Of a stretch of 64,000 nucleotides of DNA, positions 24,221-34,260 are shown piece after piece. The stretch comes from Candidatus Woesebacteria bacterium GW2011_GWA1_44_23 (lineage in GTDB: Bacteria > Patescibacteriota > Microgenomatia > UBA8517). The notes below the pieces were generated by a model. That model worked only from the letters and a program-made list of their open reading frames with translations. It ran no database searches and was not told the origin of the DNA. Position numbers and translations under genes: made by a program. The stretch lies in contig LCIL01000005.1 of NCBI GenBank assembly GCA_001001045.1, positions 21,409 through 85,408 on the forward strand, read 5' to 3'. Within the stretch, counting starts at the first letter, position 1, and each line of letters begins with the position of its first letter.

Positions 24221-26149
24221 ATGGAAATAACCAAGCTCATCCGAAATATCGAAAAATACATCTTGGTAGCACTGGCGGGTTTATTTGCTTTATTTGTTTT
24301 TCCGAAATTTGCCTCCCCCTTCGTTGTCCCTAAGGAAATTTTTGGGGCCGTTGCCGTATCGACAGTGTTGGTTCTTTGGTCGGTGAGATCGATTATTAAA
24401 AGAGAGTCGACTTTTTCTGTCGGAAAGTTTGATCTTGGAGTACTTTTGATAGCACTTGCCTATGTTGTTGCGGCGGTAGTTAAAACTCCGAACAAAATGG
24501 AGGCATTTTTCTTCCCCGGTACCGTAACTTTTGTCATTATTTCTGCTATATTCTATTTTCTGGTCAACCAGTTCGGCAGAAGGACAAAGAACCTGATTTT
24601 AATTGCGCTTTTCGGCTCGGGAATCCTTCTTACGATCTCAATTCTTTTTACGCAGCTTGGGCTTTTTGCCAAAATTCCCCAGCTTCCGGATTTTATGAAA
24701 AACTCTTCTTTCAATCCCGTAGGCGGAGCGCTGCCTTCGGCTCTTTACCTGGTAACCTTACTTCCCGTTGGTATTGCCCTGGTTATTAAGGAGAAGGACT
24801 TGGCCAAAAGGTTATTTTACGGGGTTGCGTCTGTTGTTATCTTTTTTGGAGCAGCTCTTCTTACCATTAACCTTCTTCCCGGAAAGCCCCAAGCCTTGAT
24901 TTTTCCCAGCCTGCTGACCACCTGGGCGATAGTTATTGAGACCTTGAAGACAAGCCCAGTCTGGGGAATGGGCCCTGATAACTATGTTACCGCTTTTAAC
25001 TTGTTTAGGCCCATTTCCTACAATCAAACTGCTCTTTGGGCCGCCAGATATGCCACCGCGAATAACTACTATTTTACTTTGATTACCGAGGTTGGTTTTG
25101 CCGGACTTGCAGCCATCTCGGTACTTCTTATCGGTATTTATAGGGCGGTAGTGGCGGGCTTTAAACAGAAAAACTGGGAGATTGCTTCTTTGGCTCTGCT
25201 GGTTGTGCTTTTTGCGATATTTCCATCCGCTCCGGTTCTCTTTTTCCTTTTGATGGCTCTTCTGGCGGTTTTCTCGAAATCGGAGGAGAAATCCGTAAGT
25301 TTGGCTACCAATAGGGTCCCGACTGCCATTGTTGCAGCTCCGATACTTATTGGGGTTGTTGCTTTGGCAATTTTTGGTACAAGGGCCGTGATGGCGGAAG
25401 TAACTTACAAGAAGTCTTTGGATGCATTGGGCAGCAACAACGCCAAGGATACCTATACGCTAATGGCTCAGGCGATAACCCAGAGCCCATATGTGGATCG
25501 GTACCACGCTTCCCTGGCGCAGGTAGAGATGGCCATTGCTTCGTCAATCGCCAACAACAAGGATTTGACGGAAGAAGACCGTCAAACTATAACACAACTG
25601 ATCAGTCAGGCTATAAATGAGGGCAAGGCGACCGTGACCCTTAATCAGGGAAGGTCGGCCAATTGGGAGCTTCTTGCCCAGATCTATCAGAACATTATGT
25701 CCTTTGCCGAAGGGGCCGATCAGTTCGCCATTGATACATACACGCAGGCGGTTGCGCTTGATCCGATAAACCCCAACCTGAGAATCGGACTCGGTGGAGT
25801 GTATTACGCACTCGGCAGATACGATGACGCGATTGATATCTTTAAGCTTGCAGCTTTGGCAAAGCCCGATTTGGCCAACTCCCATTATAATCTGGCCATA
25901 GCCTATGGAGAGAAGAAAAACTATGACAGTGCAATTGCCGAGATGAACACGGTCTTGACCCTTGTGGCCAAAGATTCACCCGACTACACCTTGGCCAAAA
26001 ATACTCTGGATGCCTTGGAGAAAGCCAGACCCGCAACGCCCGCCGCAGCCGGATCTGAAAATCTGACCCCTCCCCAAAAGCAGGAAACAGTCATAGAGCC
26101 TCCCATAGAACTTCCGGAAGAGGCTACTCCCCCCGCAGCCACACCGTAA
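24221..26149 (+). CDS. O-antigen ligase-like (Wzy_C) polytopic membrane protein with C-terminal TPRs
   Basis: About 12 TM helices, PVWGMGPDNY and ITEVGFAGL motifs, then TPRs (AVALDPINPNLRIGLGGVYY; KPDLANSHYNLA). Confidence 0.75.
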   Translation: MEITKLIRNIEKYILVALAGLFALFVFPKFASPFVVPKEIFGAVAVSTVLVLWSVRSIIKRESTFSVGKFDLGVLLIALAYVVAAVVKTPNKMEAFFFPGTVTFVIISAIFYFLVNQFGRRTKNLILIALFGSGILLTISILFTQLGLFAKIPQLPDFMKNSSFNPVGGALPSALYLVTLLPVGIALVIKEKDLAKRLFYGVASVVIFFGAALLTINLLPGKPQALIFPSLLTTWAIVIETLKTSPVWGMGPDNYVTAFNLFRPISYNQTALWAARYATANNYYFTLITEVGFAGLAAISVLLIGIYRAVVAGFKQKNWEIASLALLVVLFAIFPSAPVLFFLLMALLAVFSKSEEKSVSLATNRVPTAIVAAPILIGVVALAIFGTRAVMAEVTYKKSLDALGSNNAKDTYTLMAQAITQSPYVDRYHASLAQVEMAIASSIANNKDLTEEDRQTITQLISQAINEGKATVTLNQGRSANWELLAQIYQNIMSFAEGADQFAIDTYTQAVALDPINPNLRIGLGGVYYALGRYDDAIDIFKLAALAKPDLANSHYNLAIAYGEKKNYDSAIAEMNTVLTLVAKDSPDYTLAKNTLDALEKARPATPAAAGSENLTPPQKQETVIEPPIELPEEATPPAATP

Positions 26150-26219
26150 AGGGTACTCCTTGCAAGTTCTTCGGATACAAAAGTTACCTGAAAACCCTGT
26201 TTTAGCCTCAATAAATGCC

Positions 26220-26244
26220 CCTTGCAAAGTCTCTTCTTACAAGG
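26220..26244. repeat. REP-like imperfect palindrome, left copy
   Basis: CCTTGCAAAGTCTCTTCTTACAAGG, 12 nt before the RAYT-like start; 21/25 identical to the reverse complement of 49377..49401. Confidence 0.55.
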
Positions 26245-26256
26245 TAGTTTTAGATT

Positions 26257-27417
26257 ATGCCTGCCAAACTGCTTAGAAGGGTGGCTGAAGAAGGTACGTT
26301 CAGTCATATATATAATAACGGGGTTGAAAATATAGCCATCTTCAAGGACCGGCAAGACTTTGAAGTCTTTCTGGGTTTTTTGAAAGATTACCTATCTCCG
26401 GTCAGTTCCGAAGTTCCCAAAAAAGAATTCACTATTGAAGGCCGCTCTTTCCGGGGCACTCCCCGCCAACCTAAAAATTACCTGGGCAGAGTCGAGCTTA
26501 TCGCCTACCGGCTCACCCCTACCCATTTCCACCTCATCCTGCATCAGAATACCCCGGACTCGCTTGGGAATTTCATCAGGTCCCTCTGCACCAGATACTC
26601 GATATATTTTAATAAAAAATATTCCCATTCCGGAGCTTTATTCAACGGCCCCTACAAATCAGTTTATATCAAGGGTATATCCCAGCTTTTGCACTTCACC
26701 CGGTATCTCCACCGCAGTCCAGATAATGGTGAAGACCCTGTCAAAATATATACATCATACCCAGAGTATATCGGTCAAAGACAATCTTCATGGGTAAAGA
26801 CGAACGCGGTGCTTTCGGTCAAAGGAGTAGACGAGTACAAGGATTTTGTAGAAAAATATCAGCTTAACCAAGAAGAAAGAGATATTCTCGAAGGTGTTCC
26901 TTTTGATGTCAAAGCCCCGCACAAGGAAGAAGTCCTTTATGCACCCGACACCGTTTCCGCTTCTTCCCATGGGACACCTGAACTTTCCCACAAGGCACCG
27001 CCTACTGATTTAAAACCCCGGCCCCGTATTTTCGAGTACGGACTGGCAATGGGGGTTTTTATTGTACTTCTGAGCTTTGGGTTAAATAATGTCCGTGTTT
27101 CTCAGGCAAGATATTCAACAAACTCTCCGGTTCTTTCCGAATCAACAAGCATTATGCCCTCCCCGACCGCTGCCTTACCACCCACCGGTTCTCCCGAACC
27201 AAAAATAATGGTAACAGTTAAAACTGCTGATGCCTCGGTAAGTGCCAATATCCGCAAGGAGCCGAGTTTTCAGGCGGAAATAATCGGTATGGCCAAAAAC
27301 GGTGAAGTTTTTGAATCCGTGTCGATAGGCCCGGAGTGGAATGAGATCAAACTAAATGACGGTTCAATAGGATTTATATTATCAAAACTGGTACTAATAG
27401 ATCAAACTAATATCTAA
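26257..27417 (+). CDS. RAYT/Y1 (IS200-like HUH) transposase domain fused to TM helix and C-terminal SH3 domain
   Basis: HIYNNG...IFKDRQDF...AYRLTPTHFHL (HUH)...YFNKKY...GALF...RYLHRSP (catalytic Tyr position); TM YGLAMGVFIVLLSFGL; SH3b-like ANIRKEPS...IIG...WNEIKLNDGSIGFI. Confidence 0.85.
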   Translation: MPAKLLRRVAEEGTFSHIYNNGVENIAIFKDRQDFEVFLGFLKDYLSPVSSEVPKKEFTIEGRSFRGTPRQPKNYLGRVELIAYRLTPTHFHLILHQNTPDSLGNFIRSLCTRYSIYFNKKYSHSGALFNGPYKSVYIKGISQLLHFTRYLHRSPDNGEDPVKIYTSYPEYIGQRQSSWVKTNAVLSVKGVDEYKDFVEKYQLNQEERDILEGVPFDVKAPHKEEVLYAPDTVSASSHGTPELSHKAPPTDLKPRPRIFEYGLAMGVFIVLLSFGLNNVRVSQARYSTNSPVLSESTSIMPSPTAALPPTGSPEPKIMVTVKTADASVSANIRKEPSFQAEIIGMAKNGEVFESVSIGPEWNEIKLNDGSIGFILSKLVLIDQTNI

Positions 27418-27418
27418 T

Positions 27419-28009
27419 ATGCGCAAGATTTTAACATATATCGGCTTTGTAATCGCATGTGTTTTGGTTTCTCTGCTTTTTGTAACCGCCACTACATATA
27501 TTCAGTTAGCCGTTGCTGTCATCCTCTACCCCATCGTTGCCTATTTTGTAATGAAGATCCTCCCCCGCAAGACTAGAGTGGTCCCGGCAGTCGCGGTACA
27601 GACAGCGGGAACACAGGAGGAGGTTGCCGATTTTGACAGACGTACATTTCTCAAACTTGTGGGGGCAACAGGAATTTTCTTTTTTGTGTCCTCGCTTTTC
27701 GGTAAATGGGCCGGTGCTTTGCCGTTTGGCAAATCCTTGGGGTTGGGAGGCAATAGCATACAGGGGAATTCCGCCACCCCCGGAGCCGGCAACCCAGGAT
27801 CTTTGACTGCAAATGGCTACCAAATTTCCGAGATCGATGACGGCGCAATTACGTTTTACGGATTTACCAATGTTGACGGATCCTGGCTAATCATGAAGGA
27901 AGACACCGAAACAAGTTCTTTCCGCTATGCAAAAGGAAGCTCGGGATTTCCCGCAAGTTGGGATAACCGGCAAAATCTCAAGTACGACTACTACTATAAT
28001 CTCTTCTGA
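27419..28009 (+). CDS. Membrane protein with two TMs, internal twin-arginine signal and small C-terminal domain
   Basis: DFDRRTFLKLVGATGIFFFVSSLFG after two TM helices; C-terminal YQISEIDD...YGF...WLIM...FRY...W..R..L.YDYY. Confidence 0.75.
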   Translation: MRKILTYIGFVIACVLVSLLFVTATTYIQLAVAVILYPIVAYFVMKILPRKTRVVPAVAVQTAGTQEEVADFDRRTFLKLVGATGIFFFVSSLFGKWAGALPFGKSLGLGGNSIQGNSATPGAGNPGSLTANGYQISEIDDGAITFYGFTNVDGSWLIMKEDTETSSFRYAKGSSGFPASWDNRQNLKYDYYYNLF

Positions 28010-29007
28010 GATTCTTTTGTATTAAGCCCTGCCCGGATTTGGCTTTCGCGGGTAACTATGGCTCCGTAAAAAAGAATACTCAGGGAGAACAACAAAAACA
28101 TTGCCGCCTGACGCACATAAAATGGAGTCGTCGTATCAACCATCTGTTGATCCGGTGAAGCCGTGACCAAAAGCCAATTTCTGTTTCCCAAAGGTACGGG
28201 GGAATATGAAATCAGACGGCCGTCCCTAGCTAAACTCCCTTCCTTTGTCGTATTTAGGGCATCCTTGAGACTGTCGCTGACAGTTTGATTACCCAGAAAC
28301 GGTTCTTCGCCGGCTTCAAAAACCTTGACTCCCACTTTATCAGGCGTCTTGCTATCGTACAATAGATCCCCTTGCACACCTATCAGATACACCTCTGTAG
28401 CATCCGATATTTTCATTAACTCCAAATAGTGTTCCGTCAAAGGCTTCAATTTCGCCGAGGTAACTACAGCCCCTACAAAAACGCCGTTTTGAAATACCGG
28501 AGAGACCACCGGAATTATTACCTGGCCCTTGGTGCCGCCCATTCGGCTAACAATCGAGGTGCCAACCAAATATTCCCCTTCATCTGACCAGTTTTTGGCC
28601 CAGTCAAAATAATCACGGTCGGCCAGGGAAACTCCCACATCTTGCGTTCCCAAAACATTGGAGATAAACCTGACAATTCCGCGGCTGTCCGTTAATGCGA
28701 CTCCGGCAACCAGGCCGCTGTTGCTCCATTGAGTTACAAAGGCGTCTAAATCAGATTGGGTATTTTCACCCCAGCTTTCCATACTGCCCAACTTCGCAAG
28801 TACCGCAACCGAATTGCCGAACGTTTCGAAAAAAGCCTCAAGATTGCTGGCTTCAGCTCTCGTCACCATTTGTTGCTGATTTAAAAACTGGTTAGTGACC
28901 GCAGGTTTGACTCTCCAGCTTAGGATTACTAAAAAGGCAGCACCCAAACCCACTATCAAAAGAAGGCCAAATAACCAAATCCTGCCCGACAATGCTTTCC
29001 AAAACAT
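27994..29007 (-). CDS. Stand-alone dCache sensor-domain membrane protein
   Basis: TM, then LADRDYF...SIVSRMGG...IPVVSPVFQNGVFVGAV...YLIGVQGDLLY...WLLV, then a second TM and only a short tail. Confidence 0.75.
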   Translation of the reverse strand: MFWKALSGRIWLFGLLLIVGLGAAFLVILSWRVKPAVTNQFLNQQQMVTRAEASNLEAFFETFGNSVAVLAKLGSMESWGENTQSDLDAFVTQWSNSGLVAGVALTDSRGIVRFISNVLGTQDVGVSLADRDYFDWAKNWSDEGEYLVGTSIVSRMGGTKGQVIIPVVSPVFQNGVFVGAVVTSAKLKPLTEHYLELMKISDATEVYLIGVQGDLLYDSKTPDKVGVKVFEAGEEPFLGNQTVSDSLKDALNTTKEGSLARDGRLISYSPVPLGNRNWLLVTASPDQQMVDTTTPFYVRQAAMFLLFSLSILFYGAIVTRESQIRAGLNTKESQKRL

Positions 29008-29100
29008 CTTGTTTAAAGGTTAGGGCCAAATGTTTACCCTGTCAATACGTCTTGAGCGTCCCACTGTAAAATTGTTGGGGTATGTCATATAATCGGCCGT

Positions 29101-29886
29101 ATGCTCTCGATCATAATTCCGTCTTATAAAGATCCCCTACTGGGTAAAACCATTGAATCTCTTCTGGAAAACGCCGAGGGTGAAATAGAAATAATCCCCG
29201 TTCTTGACGGATACTACCCGGAAACCCCGATAAAAGAGGATAGAAGAATAAGAGTTGTGCACCTTGGCAGAAATCAAGGTATGCGAAGAGCGATAAACGC
29301 GGGAGTTTCGGTAGCCCGGGGGGAATTTCTGATGCGGAACGACGAGCACCAGATGTTCGGCAAGGGATATGACGTAATTCTTACCCGTGATTGTCAGCCT
29401 AACTGGATTATCACACCCAGGCGTTATGCGCTTGATCCTGTAAAGTGGGAAATAATGAAAGAGGTTCCACCGGTAGATTTCATGAAGCTTAAAATCGTCA
29501 ACATGGCACCCGGTGTCAGAAAATTTTCAGGTGTTGAGGCCCCGGGAGATCCGGGAAAACCCATTCAGGAATCAATGGCTATGCAGGGAAGCTGTTGGGT
29601 AATGCCGCATGCATGGTGGGACAAAGTTATCGGAGAGCTCGAAAACGAAGGTTATGGACCACATTATCAGGACAGCCATGAGATGGTGTTTAAAACCTGG
29701 CAGGCAGGGGGAAAATTAATGGTAGATAAAAACACCTGGCACGCCCACAAACACAGGAATTTTCCCCGGACGCATAATAACGGCACTGCCGAAAACCCAT
29801 CCAATAATGAATCCTGCTGGGCTTATTCATTAAGTATTTGGGAAGATTACTATAATAAAGAAATTAAACCAAGGTGGAAGGTTTAA
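29101..29886 (+). CDS. GT-A fold glycosyltransferase (GT2/GT27-like, DxH motif)
   Basis: LSIIIPSY, GMRRAINAG, NDEH, QGSCW, KTWQAGG...WHAH. Confidence 0.85.
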   Translation: MLSIIIPSYKDPLLGKTIESLLENAEGEIEIIPVLDGYYPETPIKEDRRIRVVHLGRNQGMRRAINAGVSVARGEFLMRNDEHQMFGKGYDVILTRDCQPNWIITPRRYALDPVKWEIMKEVPPVDFMKLKIVNMAPGVRKFSGVEAPGDPGKPIQESMAMQGSCWVMPHAWWDKVIGELENEGYGPHYQDSHEMVFKTWQAGGKLMVDKNTWHAHKHRNFPRTHNNGTAENPSNNESCWAYSLSIWEDYYNKEIKPRWKV

Positions 29887-29934
29887 CAAAATTGGAGTTA
29901 TAATTCCATCACGGTGGCTATTATATATGAAAGT

Positions 29935-30132
29935 ATGAAAAAAACTATTGGGGAGCTTATCGACGGACTGTCTATTACTAACAACAAGATCTTCCATCTC
30001 GTCGACAAAGTCCAGCGCAACGAGCATACGCGCGAGGATGCAAAAAAAATCCAAGATTTAAATAAGTTAAGAAGTGAGTATATGAATGCTATAAACGAAT
30101 TCTTTAAGGAAAGGATAGATATAAAAGTGTGA
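29935..30132 (+). CDS. Small helical protein (DUF4254-like)
   Basis: MKKTIGELIDGLSITNNKIFH...LNKLRSEYMNAINE; the T-x-GELID-x-LSI pattern is typical of small proteins in glycosylation clusters. Confidence 0.5.
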   Translation: MKKTIGELIDGLSITNNKIFHLVDKVQRNEHTREDAKKIQDLNKLRSEYMNAINEFFKERIDIKV

Positions 30133-30917
30133 TTAGTATTTTCTCTGGAACAAAATTAACATCCTCCCGGATTAGAGGTATAGAAATGGCTACCTATCTC
30201 CAGGCCAAACACAACCCAAAAGAAGGATATAAAAACGATGTTTGTATTTATGTCAAACCCAAAGAAATGAGCGCAATTAAAGACGGTGACTGGGTTGATT
30301 TTCTAGATTCCAACATCAGCCTCATCGTCCAGTTGAAGGATCGGCCAAAGGTAAAGGTGATTGCCGCTTCGGAAGCCAGCAATGAAGCCCTCAAGCGGGT
30401 TTTGCCAAACGAAATTATCCTTATTCCCTCACATCACATCAATCAGGAAAAACTTAAAAGAACAAGAAGGCAGATCTCTATCGGAGGCTATATCGGAGGA
30501 TTCTCACCCATGTATGAAGAAATTAGAAGAGGGTTAAAGAAAATCGGATTTGATTTTGTAACCTGCTTCGATTTCAAAGGACGAACAGATGCGATGAAAC
30601 TGTACGAAAGCATCGATCTTCTGATTATTGGGTGGTGGACCGGAGACGACAGCCCCCATAAGATACCGACCAAGATTATCAACGCCGCCTCGTTTGGAAT
30701 CCCGTCGATTGCATATCCTTTGCGCGGATATAAAGAAATTGAAGGATTTTATGTTTCTGCTCATAATTTAAGTGAGATAATAACTGAAGCGGAAAAATTT
30801 AAGGATGAGGACTATTACAATAGATGGGCAAAGAAGATTTCCAAGATGGCTGAAAAATACCATATTAGCAAGATTGCCAAACTATATAAAAAACTAAAAC
30901 CAGGTTTTCCTGCTTAA
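30129..30917 (+). CDS. Putative glycosyltransferase (GT-B-like)
   Basis: SSRIRG at the N-terminus; KIPTKIINAASFGIPSIAYP resembles a GT-B nucleotide-binding motif; lies in the GT operon. Confidence 0.55.
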   Translation: MISIFSGTKLTSSRIRGIEMATYLQAKHNPKEGYKNDVCIYVKPKEMSAIKDGDWVDFLDSNISLIVQLKDRPKVKVIAASEASNEALKRVLPNEIILIPSHHINQEKLKRTRRQISIGGYIGGFSPMYEEIRRGLKKIGFDFVTCFDFKGRTDAMKLYESIDLLIIGWWTGDDSPHKIPTKIINAASFGIPSIAYPLRGYKEIEGFYVSAHNLSEIITEAEKFKDEDYYNRWAKKISKMAEKYHISKIAKLYKKLKPGFPA

Positions 30918-31018
30918 ATCTCTTGAAGGAATGGGGTATTATACACATTCGGAGAGAAGAGTAATTCCATACCTTCCCTGCTGAGAATCGGGTAAAATGG
31001 TGCGTATAGAATATCCAT

Positions 31019-31888
31019 ATGGGTTCAAACAAAAAACCAATAAACTTATCAATAATAATTCCCAGTCGAGATTGCCCCTATTTAATGAAAACTATCCAAA
31101 GTATATTAGACAATTGCGTCACCAATATTGAAATTATGGTAAATATTGACGGAAAACCCCCGAGAAAATTTATTAAGGACAAAAAGGTCACATATATCGT
31201 ACAACCTACTCCAATTGGGATGCGGGGCGGAATAAATAATGGGCTTAAAGCAGCTAAGGGCAAATTTATAATGAAGTGCGATGACCACTGCTTATTTGCT
31301 AAAGGATTTGACAAGATTCTGACAAACACCATGCAAGAGAATTGGCTGGTAACCCCCAAACGTTATTCTCTAAACGAAGTGAAATGGGAAAGGGATGAAA
31401 CCCGACCAATTAAAGAATATCTCTACCTATCCTATCCCAAAAAGTCCGTTCACGGACTTGCCATGTTCCCCGTAGATTGGAATAAAAAAAGTGATCGTCT
31501 TATAGATGATACCATGATGATTCAGGGAAGCTGTTGGCTAGCAAACAGAAAATATTTCATGAAACGAGTGGGTTTTCTTGACGATAAGCCTGAAACGTAC
31601 GGGACCTTTGCCCAGGAACCCGTAGAAGTTGCTTTGAAATACTGGCTTGGAGGCGGGGCGGTCAAGGTAAACAAAAATACCTGGTATGCCCACCTAAAAA
31701 AGAGTAAAAGGTACTATAACGAAACAGGCTGGGCAGAAAAGTTTGCAAAGCAGAACAAAGCAGTAGCAAAAGGCAATGAATGGGCAACCGTACACTGGAT
31801 GAATAATGAGGAACCCAACATGATTCACCCTTTTAGCTGGTTTATAAAAAAATTTCAACCGATTCCGGGTTGGGAGAATTACAAATGA
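31019..31888 (+). CDS. GT-A fold glycosyltransferase (GT2/GT27-like, DxH motif)
   Basis: LSIIIPSR, GMRGGINNG, CDDHC, QGSCW, EVALKYWLGGG...WYAH. Confidence 0.85.
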   Translation: MGSNKKPINLSIIIPSRDCPYLMKTIQSILDNCVTNIEIMVNIDGKPPRKFIKDKKVTYIVQPTPIGMRGGINNGLKAAKGKFIMKCDDHCLFAKGFDKILTNTMQENWLVTPKRYSLNEVKWERDETRPIKEYLYLSYPKKSVHGLAMFPVDWNKKSDRLIDDTMMIQGSCWLANRKYFMKRVGFLDDKPETYGTFAQEPVEVALKYWLGGGAVKVNKNTWYAHLKKSKRYYNETGWAEKFAKQNKAVAKGNEWATVHWMNNEEPNMIHPFSWFIKKFQPIPGWENYK

Positions 31889-33372
31889 AAAAAATACTAA
31901 TAACAGGATGCGGAGGGATGTTGGGCGATGCTGTTTATGCTCAATTACGTAAAAGGTATCATGTCAACGCCACCGACATCAACCTCATTGAACCCTGGCT
32001 AAGTTACTTGGACGTCAGAGACCTTAAGAGTGTTAAAAAGGTTTGCGCCGAATTCAAACCGGATTATCTGATTCATCTGGCAGCCTTAACCGACATGGAA
32101 TACTGTGAAACCCACCCAGAAGAGGCGGCGCAAGTTAACGGAACTGCCACAGAAAATCTGGTTAAAATCTCCAAAAAACTTGATATTCCCTTTGTCTACA
32201 TCAGCACTGCAGGTATTTTTACCGATGACAAAAAGGAGCATAGCGAAAAAGACGACCCCAAAGACACTCCTGTAAGTGTATATGGCAAAACCAAATACCA
32301 AGGTGAGGTAGCAGCGAAATCATGGCGTAAGTCGATCATAATCAGGGCCGGTTGGATGATGGGTGGCGGACCCAAAAAGGACAAAAAATTCATCAATAAA
32401 ATTGTCAAACAATTAAGTAGCGGCGCTACAAAGATAAATGTGGTCAACGACAGGGTCGGCACCCCAAGCTATACCTACGATTTGGCAAAAATAATTGTAT
32501 TTCTTCTCGAAAGGAATCTTTACGGTTTATATCACGGCACTTGCGACGGAGGAAACGTAACCCGCCACGATGTCGTCAGTCATATACTTGAATGTTTTAA
32601 CTTGCAAGACAAGGTCAAAGTGGTTGAGGTGGGATCAGATTATTTTAAGGATAGTTTTTTTGCCCCGCGGCCGTTTTCCGAACAGCTAGGCAACAAAAAA
32701 CTTAAATCCACCAACCCAGAATTATTCCGCAGCTGGCGGGACTGTTTAAAGGAATATTTAGGCATGTTTTATTGGAAAGTATCAGGCAACCATACCCCGC
32801 TTTGCGATCTGGCCTATAAATACGGAACCGACAAATGTCCGGAAATAAACCATTCGTATACCCCTTTTTATTACAAATTGCTACAACCCAAAAGAAACTC
32901 TATCAAAAAGATTTTGGAAATAGGAATAGGCTACCCGTCCAACATGAATCATATCGTCCCCCATTACCGGGCGGGTGCAAGTTTATATATGTGGAGGGAG
33001 TTTTTCCCCAACGCCATGATTTACGGAGCTGATATTCTCCCGGAAGCGTTGTTCAAAGACGCACATATAGAAACTTTTTTGTGTAACCAGAAAAAAGACA
33101 CGGACCTAACGAATTTAATCAAAAGCACGGGCTCGGATATCGATATCGTAATTGACGACGGCTCTCATGTAAAAAAGGTCCAGGTGTTTACTTGCCTTAT
33201 CCTATTGCCTCTTCTCAAAAAAGATGTTATTTACATAATAGAAGATGTTAAAGATGCCGTCGAGGTTACCGGAATGATTAAAAAACTCGGCGGGTATGAT
33301 TGCGAGGTTCCGAAGTTGAACCCGGAAAGGCAAGTGAGGCAGGATTGTTTGGTTATTGTTAAAAACAAATGA
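31885..33372 (+). CDS. RmlD-like dTDP-4-dehydrorhamnose reductase fused to class I SAM methyltransferase
   Basis: ILITGCGGMLG, HLAALTDMEYCE, YGKTK, GTPSYTYDLA; then YGTDK...HSYTPFY...LEIGIG...GASLYMWREFFP...DIVIDDGSH. Confidence 0.85.
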   Translation: MKKILITGCGGMLGDAVYAQLRKRYHVNATDINLIEPWLSYLDVRDLKSVKKVCAEFKPDYLIHLAALTDMEYCETHPEEAAQVNGTATENLVKISKKLDIPFVYISTAGIFTDDKKEHSEKDDPKDTPVSVYGKTKYQGEVAAKSWRKSIIIRAGWMMGGGPKKDKKFINKIVKQLSSGATKINVVNDRVGTPSYTYDLAKIIVFLLERNLYGLYHGTCDGGNVTRHDVVSHILECFNLQDKVKVVEVGSDYFKDSFFAPRPFSEQLGNKKLKSTNPELFRSWRDCLKEYLGMFYWKVSGNHTPLCDLAYKYGTDKCPEINHSYTPFYYKLLQPKRNSIKKILEIGIGYPSNMNHIVPHYRAGASLYMWREFFPNAMIYGADILPEALFKDAHIETFLCNQKKDTDLTNLIKSTGSDIDIVIDDGSHVKKVQVFTCLILLPLLKKDVIYIIEDVKDAVEVTGMIKKLGGYDCEVPKLNPERQVRQDCLVIVKNK

Positions 33373-34091
33373 AAAATCTACTGGTTTATGTAAGTAAAGA
33401 TAAAAAGTTTAACCGGGAGTGTGAGACTCTGGCCAAAATCCAAATTGACAACAGTCTTCGTTTAAAGTGGAGAAAAGAAGATATTTTAATGGTCACTAAC
33501 TTTGATTATGAGTATCGGGGAGTTAAAGCTATCGTTGTAGGGGACGAGAATTATTGTGCAGTCAGGCCAAGATCGATTAAAACTTCGATAATCCCCCACT
33601 TAATTGAAAAGGGAATCATAGAAAAAAGGCATATTTACTGGAATCATGATTTTGACGCTTTTCAATTGCATTCTATCAAAGATGAAGAATTGGGACTAGA
33701 CGGTTTTGATGCGGGCTTTACCGACTACGGTTGGAAAAACGACTGGTGTTTGGGAAGTGATTTTATAAAGGAGAGCGCAAAAGACATCTTTGAGTGGCTG
33801 AGGGACGCAATATTTGCTAATTGGGAGGATGAGGAAATACTCGGAAGAATTACGAGAAGGAATACACATAATATCAACTCGAGAATAAAGAAAATGAATA
33901 TAACTTATCAGATTGGAATGAAAAACGTTGATTTTAACTACAAAATAGCTGCAAAACCGCTAAAAGTTCTCCACTTCCATCCGCATAAACCGGGGCTCCT
34001 AGACATCTTCATGTACGGCAAAAACCAAACGGACAAACCCCTTATGCCTAAGGGTTTAATCAATATATTTAATAAACACGGAATAAAGTAA
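33369..34091 (+). CDS. Putative glycosyltransferase/nucleotide-diphospho-sugar transferase
   Basis: DxD motif (WNHDFDAF), late LHFHP motif, position in the GT operon. Confidence 0.55.
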   Translation: MKNLLVYVSKDKKFNRECETLAKIQIDNSLRLKWRKEDILMVTNFDYEYRGVKAIVVGDENYCAVRPRSIKTSIIPHLIEKGIIEKRHIYWNHDFDAFQLHSIKDEELGLDGFDAGFTDYGWKNDWCLGSDFIKESAKDIFEWLRDAIFANWEDEEILGRITRRNTHNINSRIKKMNITYQIGMKNVDFNYKIAAKPLKVLHFHPHKPGLLDIFMYGKNQTDKPLMPKGLINIFNKHGIK

Positions 34092-34260
34092 ATACGTTAT
34101 GAGCAAACCATCAGTGGTGGCAATCTTGCCGAATTTTTAAAAAGTATTAGAAAAAGGTGCGAAAACCTATAGAGATCCATAATATTTGCAATCCAAATAT
34201 TAATTCCCAAACGAATATCCTGGGTATCGGAATGAAGGTCATGGAAATTTTCAGAAATAT

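Noticed and set aside
26257-27417. Ordinary IS200/IS605 insertion sequence
   Set aside because: No tnpB; the domain is RAYT-like and fused to TM+SH3 within an operon.
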